Positions 11,123-16,256 of a stretch of DNA of 64,000 bases are shown one piece after another; position 1 is the first letter of the stretch; every line of letters starts with the position of its first letter. Location of the stretch: the NCBI RefSeq assembly GCF_003019035.1, contig NZ_CP027447.1, one strand, 5' to 3'. The translations under genes were made by a program, and so were the position numbers. Origin of the DNA: Escherichia coli. Lineage in GTDB: Bacteria; Pseudomonadota; Gammaproteobacteria; Enterobacterales; Enterobacteriaceae. The notes beneath the pieces are model-generated. The model was not told the DNA's origin. It made no database searches and saw nothing but the letters and a program-made list of their open reading frames with translations.

Positions 11123-12127
11123 TTAATCCCCCGTGGACACTGCGTGGACACTCACGCCACCTTTCAGCGGATTAAGGGCCACCGCATCCTGCAGGTAATC
11201 CGGTGCAAAATGTGCATATGCCATTGTTTGCTGAATGGTTGCGTGGCCAAGAATCTTCTGAAGCGCAATAATGTTTCCTCCGTTCATCACAAAATGGCTG
11301 GCGAACGTATGCCGCAGCACATGTGCAGCTTGGCCTTTTGGCAAATCGGGCTTAACTCTTTTCAGCGCCAGGCAGAATTCCCGGTACTTCACCTCAAACA
11401 AGCCGCCTGTTTCTCTGGTTTTGATCGCCTCACAAACTGCCTGCGAAATTGGCACTGTTCTCTTTCGGCCATTTTTGGTTTCAAGAAACGTTACACGGTT
11501 ATGAACTATCTGTTCACCACGAAGCTTACAAGCTTCACTCCAGCGCGCCCCCGTGCTTAAACACAAAAGCGCAACACGCCAGTAATCGCCCTCCAGTGTA
11601 TCGAGCAATAGCGCCACTTCCTTCTGGGACAGGAAAGCCATTTCTCGTGGAGATACATAAAGAATAGAAATTCCCCTTACCGGATGTTCTGCATCCCAGA
11701 GGCCTATTTTCTTCAGTATGGTAAACATTCCGGATAACCGATTCATGTATCTGTTAGCAGATGACGGTTTCAATCCATCAGCTATCTTTTGAGAACGCCA
11801 CGCGATAATTTTTAGCTTATCAAGATCCACAGCCTGCATATCAGCGCCAAGCTCATTGATTATGTTGCGCAGTTGTTTTCGGTCTTCTTCCGCCTTACGC
11901 CTGTGCTGGCCGTGATACATCCACCACAACTCAAGCAAATCATTTAGCGTTCGACGATCACGGTAGCCCTGTATATATTCCCGCTTTTCAGCGTTCGCCA
12001 TGATGTAGCGTTCAGTGGCCACCGCTACCGATTTTTTGTCAAATACCTTACGCACGCGCTTTCCCTTGCGTCCGTTCGGCCTGATGTCCAGCAAATAACG
12101 ACCATCTTCGAGCTTCTTAATCGACAT
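11123..12127 (-). CDS. int: P2-type tyrosine integrase
   Basis: MSIKKLEDGRYLLDIRPNGRKGKR... aligns along its length with remembered P2 Int, including LSTGARW, HxLRHTFASH and MAYAHFAPDYL. The start is placed at MSIKK. Confidence 0.93.
   Translation of the reverse strand: MSIKKLEDGRYLLDIRPNGRKGKRVRKVFDKKSVAVATERYIMANAEKREYIQGYRDRRTLNDLLELWWMYHGQHRRKAEEDRKQLRNIINELGADMQAVDLDKLKIIAWRSQKIADGLKPSSANRYMNRLSGMFTILKKIGLWDAEHPVRGISILYVSPREMAFLSQKEVALLLDTLEGDYWRVALLCLSTGARWSEACKLRGEQIVHNRVTFLETKNGRKRTVPISQAVCEAIKTRETGGLFEVKYREFCLALKRVKPDLPKGQAAHVLRHTFASHFVMNGGNIIALQKILGHATIQQTMAYAHFAPDYLQDAVALNPLKGGVSVHAVSTGD
11133..11150. promoter_or_regulatory. Putative Int arm-type binding repeats (P' arm)
   Basis: GTGGACAC-TGC-GTGGACAC is a tandem repeat with 11-bp period inside the 3' end of int. 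A near-identical copy lies at 46820-46837. It resembles the P2 arm-site consensus TGTGGACA as I recall it. Confidence 0.55.
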
Positions 12128-12223
12128 TGCGAAGCCCTCCAATGAACCGCTCTACAATTTCTCCAGCCTCTTTCCAGCAATAATCAGACCAGACAAAAAG
12201 CAGGTCTAACCAGTTTTCTGGCC

Positions 12224-12544
12224 TCAGCGGGATAATTTTTGGATTGTTTCGGTTGAAACACGATCTCCCTCCGAATTGCAGGAACCATCAAGAGAGAGAG
12301 CCGGAGAAATTTGCCCAACCTCCGGCATCGTTTCATCTGTTGATAACCAATAAGCATATTTCTTAAATTTAGGGTGTTTAGTAACCTTAAGTAAGGCACC
12401 CTCTGTTACTTGCTTCCCCCTCACCTCATAGTTAGTTACCGTCCCATAAGGCAGCCCAACACAATCCGCAAACTCCTGGCGGGTCATACCTTCTGCTTCA
12501 CGAATCAGGCGAAATTTTTCACCCATGCTTGACAAAGATGCCAT
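12224..12544 (-). CDS. Immunity repressor (HTH_XRE; positional C/CI equivalent)
   Basis: Contains the HTH motif GMTRQEFADCVGLPYGTVTNYE. It is divergent from cox and co-oriented with int. The start is uncertain; MASLSS was chosen because it lies 10 nt after GGAGGA. Confidence 0.75.
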   Translation of the reverse strand: MASLSSMGEKFRLIREAEGMTRQEFADCVGLPYGTVTNYEVRGKQVTEGALLKVTKHPKFKKYAYWLSTDETMPEVGQISPALSLDGSCNSEGDRVSTETIQKLSR

Positions 12545-12602
12545 ATCGGGCATATCCTCCATCGCAACATGCCACATCGGGCATAAACATAAAAACACTC
12601 AA

Positions 12603-12619
12603 ATAAGCCGATATAAGCC
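12603..12619. promoter_or_regulatory. Candidate repressor operator (direct repeats) in the C/cox divergent promoter region
   Basis: ATAAGCC is repeated at 12603-12609 and 12613-12619 (10-bp period) between the divergent repressor and cox genes, as for the direct-repeat operators of P2 C. Confidence 0.4.
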
Positions 12620-12657
12620 ATTTTGAGCCATTCGAACGAATTAGGGAGATTACCACA

Positions 12658-12945
12658 ATGAGCGAATCAGAGCTTGGGGGCTTCATTCAGGTAGCACCAT
12701 ATCCACTTGAAGCGGTGCCATATCAACTATTCGCCAAGATGATCGGCCGCAAGGAATCCACAGTCAGAACCATGATTGACGCAGCAAAGCTACCGACAAT
12801 TGACTTTGTGAAACCAGGTTCAGTAAAGACGCGTGCATCAGAAAACTGGGTATATCTGCCAGCATTTAACGAAGGCATGCGCAAAGCGTTTTTTGAGCAA
12901 CCGAAAGAACGCCGCGATGCATGGTTGTTGTGGCTGGGGCTTTAG
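12658..12945 (+). CDS. cox: Cox-like excisionase / early regulator
   Basis: 95 aa. AVPYQLFAKMIGRKESTVRTMIDAAKLP...WVYLPAFNEG...RDAWLLWLGL parallels remembered P2 Cox. Confidence 0.85.
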   Translation: MSESELGGFIQVAPYPLEAVPYQLFAKMIGRKESTVRTMIDAAKLPTIDFVKPGSVKTRASENWVYLPAFNEGMRKAFFEQPKERRDAWLLWLGL

Positions 12946-12951
12946 CCATAA

Positions 12952-13158
12952 ATGACCAGCCATATCATCAGCGCCATTCTGACCCTTGTTTTTATTGAGA
13001 CAGACGTAATAGCGATCTATTTGTTTCGTAAGTTAACGGGACATGAAGAACGCTTTATTGAACTCAGCATTAAATATATCGCCGCTTATACCAAAGGGCT
13101 TTTCCCGGCAGCTATTGGGGCGATGTTTATAGTGTTTGTTATCTGGTTTATCGGGTGA
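12952..13158 (+). CDS. Small two-TM membrane protein (hypothetical early gene)
   Basis: 68-aa ORF immediately after cox with two hydrophobic segments. Confidence 0.45.
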   Translation: MTSHIISAILTLVFIETDVIAIYLFRKLTGHEERFIELSIKYIAAYTKGLFPAAIGAMFIVFVIWFIG

Positions 13159-13197
13159 GAAACCTGATAAACCACAACTACTGCAATGAGGGTAATT

Positions 13198-13305
13198 ATG
13201 TGTGGCATGGACAAATTGGACCTTATGTTAATTGTAATACTATCAATTAACTTCGGTTACCTCTTAAGCGGCGTAATTCTCATGTGCGGAGGCAAACGAA
13301 AATGA
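13198..13305 (+). CDS. Hypothetical 35-aa hydrophobic peptide (not in ORF track)
   Basis: ATG lies 5 nt after GAGGG. Sequence MCGMDKLDLMLIVILSINFGYLLSGVILMCGGKRK. Its stop overlaps the next ATG (ATGA). Confidence 0.3.
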   Translation: MCGMDKLDLMLIVILSINFGYLLSGVILMCGGKRK

Positions 13306-13409
13306 ACCAGCAGTCCGCAAAACGTGAAAACAATGCGATGCGATTTAATCGCAAATATTTTGAGTTTGGCCGCTATGCCGGAATAATTAAATCTGTACAG
13401 AGTCTTTAA
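13302..13409 (+). CDS. Hypothetical 35-aa basic peptide (not in ORF track)
   Basis: MNQQSAKRENNAMRFNRKYFEFGRYAGIIKSVQSL. It is coupled by ATGA to the preceding ORF and ends 1 nt before the next ATG. Confidence 0.3.
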   Translation: MNQQSAKRENNAMRFNRKYFEFGRYAGIIKSVQSL

Positions 13410-13410
13410 C

Positions 13411-13752
13411 ATGAAACAGCAACGTAATTCACGCTTTCGTAATGGTGCTGAACGTCACGCTAACCGTTTCGCTACCAGTGCATCACGCAACAACATTCGC
13501 TACAGCCTGAGTGATACACACGCAACGCCGGATGGCTACCCAGTAAAACAAATCGGCGAGCATGCCTGGCTAATTGAGAAAGCTGGAATCGTGGTCCACA
13601 AATGCCCACGCAATCCGTTTACTGGAAACCGCATTTTTGCTCTAAGCAGCGGCGACAATCAGTTCGGGCAGGATTTCACATTATACGAAGCACTACGCAC
13701 GGTTGATCGTCTGCTTCGCGGACAAAGTTTTATTAAACAGGCTGATTTATAA
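13411..13752 (+). CDS. Hypothetical early protein
   Basis: 113-aa ORF tightly packed in the early operon. No family recognised. Confidence 0.55.
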   Translation: MKQQRNSRFRNGAERHANRFATSASRNNIRYSLSDTHATPDGYPVKQIGEHAWLIEKAGIVVHKCPRNPFTGNRIFALSSGDNQFGQDFTLYEALRTVDRLLRGQSFIKQADL

Positions 13753-13762
13753 CAGGTGCTTT

Positions 13763-14050
13763 ATGACCAAAGACCATGCACAAGGTGTATTTATCCGTTT
13801 TATTGATTTTCGCGGTGAACTGTTATTACGCGCATCCGCTATTGATGGAGTGGCTCCGGCGGGTAAAAACGGAGCCGACGAAGCCACTTACGTTTATCTG
13901 AACGGCACGCGACTGCTTGTGGAACTTCCGTACCAGACCGTACGAGAAATCATTAGCAAAGCTGAAAAAGCGCGCCAGGCTAATGGCAATGAACCCTATA
14001 TCGAAATTATTTGCATGGATTCAGAAGCTAAAATTCAGAAAGCAGATTAA
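13763..14050 (+). CDS. Hypothetical early protein
   Basis: 95 aa from the ATG preceded by AGGTG. The longer track ORF start overlaps the upstream gene. Confidence 0.55.
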   Translation: MTKDHAQGVFIRFIDFRGELLLRASAIDGVAPAGKNGADEATYVYLNGTRLLVELPYQTVREIISKAEKARQANGNEPYIEIICMDSEAKIQKAD

Positions 14051-14061
14051 AGGGTGTTGCA

Positions 14062-14304
14062 ATGGACAAAGAATATAAAACACTCATCAACAAAGCACTT
14101 GAGCGTTTTTATTTTCGCTTAAGTGCATCAGGCGCTCATGCTGAACGTGCAGCCCGTGACTCATTGACCAGGGCAATCCGGAGTCTGTATGACGTGGCTT
14201 TTTACGCTGATGATCTGGATGCACTTAACGAACTTTCCGAGCTAATCTGTGCCGCAGAATGCGGGGAACATATTGAACCGTATAAGCTGGGGAATATCGC
14301 ATGA
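14062..14304 (+). CDS. Hypothetical early protein
   Basis: 80-aa ORF in the operon context. Confidence 0.55.
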   Translation: MDKEYKTLINKALERFYFRLSASGAHAERAARDSLTRAIRSLYDVAFYADDLDALNELSELICAAECGEHIEPYKLGNIA

Positions 14305-14438
14305 GTATATTTATCTCATGGCTTGTTCTGATTATTTCTGTGGCCTGCGCCATTGGGATTATGCGAATTATTCATTCAGTAAAAAAGATTGAACGCTTTT
14401 CACTGGCGAATAACAGAGCAAATAAAACCACAGGTTAA
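14301..14438 (+). CDS. Hypothetical 45-aa single-TM peptide (not in ORF track)
   Basis: ATGA-coupled to the upstream ORF. Sequence MSIFISWLVLIISVACAIGIMRIIHSVKKIERFSLANNRANKTTG. Confidence 0.35.
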   Translation: MSIFISWLVLIISVACAIGIMRIIHSVKKIERFSLANNRANKTTG

Positions 14439-14499
14439 ATAAGAAAATGTAAAAACAATCCGCATTCGCGGAGGTATTCGCATACGCCAAGGAGGCGTA

Positions 14500-14703
14500 A
14501 TGGCAATTAAGCATTTTCCTGTCGTTCGTTTTACCTCCAGAGGACGTGAATACGAAGTCGACGAACGCCTGATTACCACAATCGACAAACACCGTTCAGA
14601 AAAGGATGCACATCACATCTATCTCACTGACGGCACTTACTTCTGCGCCACGAATGTGGTGCAGGTGAACCTTATCCGACAGGTACAGGAGTCACGCAGA
14701 TGA
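14500..14703 (+). CDS. Hypothetical early protein
   Basis: 67-aa ORF preceded by AAGGAGG. Its stop overlaps the next start. Confidence 0.6.
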   Translation: MAIKHFPVVRFTSRGREYEVDERLITTIDKHRSEKDAHHIYLTDGTYFCATNVVQVNLIRQVQESRR

Positions 14704-14945
14704 CCATTCTGGATTATATCGCTGCCAATCCGGGGTGTAGCGGTGGAGAAATCGCCGCAGCACTGAATACCCCAACCACAGCCATTAATGCGGAGTTACG
14801 CCGACTCTGGCGCAGCGGTTCAGTCATAAGAAAAGAGCGCAAAACAGGCGGTCGCTTTTCTTACCAGATAAACCCGATGCCGTTCGGGTGCGGCAATCCA
14901 CTTACCAACATGTTTAACCAGCTACTGAAGGAAGCCAGAGCATGA
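14700..14945 (+). CDS. Small winged-helix-like DNA-binding protein (hypothetical)
   Basis: 81 aa. The segment ILDYIAANPGCSGGEIAAALNTPTTAINAELRRLWRSGSV looks like a MarR/wHTH recognition unit. Translationally coupled on both sides. Confidence 0.55.
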   Translation: MTILDYIAANPGCSGGEIAAALNTPTTAINAELRRLWRSGSVIRKERKTGGRFSYQINPMPFGCGNPLTNMFNQLLKEARA

Positions 14946-15241
14946 GCGCCATCAACCACCAGGAATTACGCGAACTGGCAACTGACCTTCAACGAATGGC
15001 AACGCATCAAAAATTACTGGCGTTTCGCGCAACGCTCTCGCCGTCTGCTGTGCTGGCACTGCTGGATGAGCTGGAGCACGCCAGAACCACGGCTCCTGCC
15101 ATTCGCCTGACACTCCATCATGAAATCGCCGATTTCTGCGCGACGTTGGAGGCACCAGGCGAACCGGAAACGCCGGAAGCAATACAGCAAGAGCTGCTGC
15201 AACGCATTGACAAGGTTTTTGATTTTTTTCTGAACCAGTAA
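14942..15241 (+). CDS. Hypothetical early protein
   Basis: 99-aa acidic helical ORF coupled to the upstream gene. Confidence 0.55.
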   Translation: MSAINHQELRELATDLQRMATHQKLLAFRATLSPSAVLALLDELEHARTTAPAIRLTLHHEIADFCATLEAPGEPETPEAIQQELLQRIDKVFDFFLNQ

Positions 15242-15334
15242 GAAACCAGAACATGCACACACAAAAAAACCGCTTGCCATGCCGCAATCAGTCAGGTTAC
15301 ATTTCCGCTGCACCTCACAAAACGGGTGCCGGGT

Positions 15335-15358
15335 TTCGCAGCCTGCTGACTACACAAG
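15335..15358 (+). promoter_or_regulatory. Upstream target-like copy (TTCGCAG ... CTACACAAG) complementary to the c4-like RNA
   Basis: TTCGCAG (15335-15341) and CTACACAAG (15350-15358) are exact complements of 15479-15485 and 15464-15472. Confidence 0.5.
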
Positions 15359-15363
15359 CGCAC

Positions 15364-15384
15364 AACCGCGCCAGCGGTTTTTTT
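15364..15384 (+). terminator. Rho-independent terminator
   Basis: Stem AACCGC/GCGGTT, loop GCCA, followed by T7. Confidence 0.65.
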
Positions 15385-15425
15385 GTGCGTACTGTATTGC
15401 CACGTTTTTTTCGCGTCAGAATTAT

Positions 15426-15506
15426 GGCGGGGCGTACGGGGCCGACTTCGGTCGGGCCGGGTTCTTGTGTAGCCGGTACTGCGAACCTCGTACGTCTCGC
15501 CACCCA
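15426..15506 (+). ncRNA. Candidate c4/CI-type antisense regulatory RNA (about 80 nt, three-way junction)
   Basis: A 14-16-bp closing stem (15426-15441 with 15486-15501) contains three G-U pairs that are valid only for a plus-strand RNA. It encloses a UUCG-tetraloop hairpin (15440-15458) and a second hairpin (GGTTC/GAACC, 15460-15487). The loop of the second hairpin carries CUUGUGUAG and CUGCGAA, which are complementary to sites upstream and downstream. The 3' tail is ACCCA (RCCA-like). No ORF. Confidence 0.5.
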
Positions 15507-15510
15507 CAGT

Positions 15511-15553
15511 TTCGCAGCTCTGGATGGTGAGTTTTCACAACTTACTACACAAG
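15511..15553 (+). promoter_or_regulatory. Downstream antisense target overlapping the RBS of the 76-aa ORF
   Basis: TTCGCAG (15511-15517) and CTACACAAG (15545-15553). The latter overlaps the AAGGGG Shine-Dalgarno, 7 nt before the ATG at 15564. Confidence 0.5.
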
Positions 15554-15563
15554 GGGCCACACC

Positions 15564-15794
15564 ATGGCAAACCGCAAACCACACCGCGCTATCGCGGAGC
15601 GTCGTCACATCCAGACTGAAATCAACCGCAGACTTTCCCGCGCATCACGCGTCGCGCAAATCATGCACATCAATATGCTGCATGAGCGCAGCCACGCACT
15701 ATCAAACATTTATTCCGCCTCTGTTTTCAGCTATCTGGCGGATGATCTGCACGAGCTTCAACAGCTCATCCAGCAGCAAAACAAACTCCATTAA
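15564..15794 (+). CDS. Hypothetical 76-aa protein (positional analogue of icd downstream of a c4-type RNA)
   Basis: ORF with an SD. Basic N-terminus and helical C-terminus. Family not recognised. Confidence 0.55.
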   Translation: MANRKPHRAIAERRHIQTEINRRLSRASRVAQIMHINMLHERSHALSNIYSASVFSYLADDLHELQQLIQQQNKLH

Positions 15795-15866
15795 TTCCTG
15801 TTCCGGGCCTTTCCTGCACCTTGCGGCGGGAGGCCTTCGCACATCTGTAGTAAAGAGAATTGCAGC

Positions 15867-16256
15867 ATGATTGACGCTCATGACTTCACAAGATGGGTGC
15901 GCACACAGGACACCCGTCTGGCTCCCGTTCTTCAGGGATTATTTGATCTCTACATCCGTGGTCGTGACAACAGAGCACGCACCACAAAACCAGAGAATGC
16001 AGACACCCTTTATTTCACAGTAGACGACTGCTACCGCGTGGACTTCACACCACACGGGCTGGCGTTGCACTGCCTGACACCACACGGCGAATCACTACTG
16101 GCTTATTACGACTCCCCGGCCTCCGTATTTGCGGCAATGCTGGCGCATCGCACTGCTGGCGGGTGTGCCTCGCTGAGTGAATACACCGCTGAATTTAACC
16201 GCCTTTCCACCCTCTTCTCGCAGGAGTGGCAGCGCGTGACGGGATACCAGCCATGA
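15867..16256 (+). CDS. Hypothetical 129-aa protein
   Basis: ORF whose stop overlaps the probable gene A start (ATGA). Confidence 0.55.
   Translation: MIDAHDFTRWVRTQDTRLAPVLQGLFDLYIRGRDNRARTTKPENADTLYFTVDDCYRVDFTPHGLALHCLTPHGESLLAYYDSPASVFAAMLAHRTAGGCASLSEYTAEFNRLSTLFSQEWQRVTGYQP

Noticed and set aside
11133-11150. First candidate for the att core: the 13/18-bp repeat CACTGCGTGGACA is shared with 46820-46837.
   Set aside because: A longer perfect 20-bp repeat (10921-10940 and 46884-46903) lies further out and precisely reconstructs the pdxB 5' end. The GTGGACA repeats are tandem, lie at arm positions, and fit Int arm-type sites.
15257-15390. The flanking 18-bp inverted repeats looked like retron a1/a2 repeats around msr-msd. 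Retrons are known cargo of P2-like prophages.
   Set aside because: There is no reverse-transcriptase ORF anywhere in the prophage. Only about 98 nt lie between the arms. The right arm is fully explained as a terminator stem plus U-tract.
15397-15425. TTGCCA, 17 nt, AATTAT considered as a dedicated promoter for the c4-like RNA.
   Set aside because: The -10 abuts the first base of the closing stem, so initiation would remove part of the stem. Processing from a longer transcript, as for c4 and CI, fits better.
15426-15506. Possible tRNA or tRNA-like gene (a G-rich 5' stem followed by ACCCA).
   Set aside because: The closing stem is 14-16 bp and continuous. There is no D/T-loop consensus or cloverleaf, and the tail is ACCCA rather than NCCA. 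It is better explained as an RNase P-processed c4/CI-type RNA.
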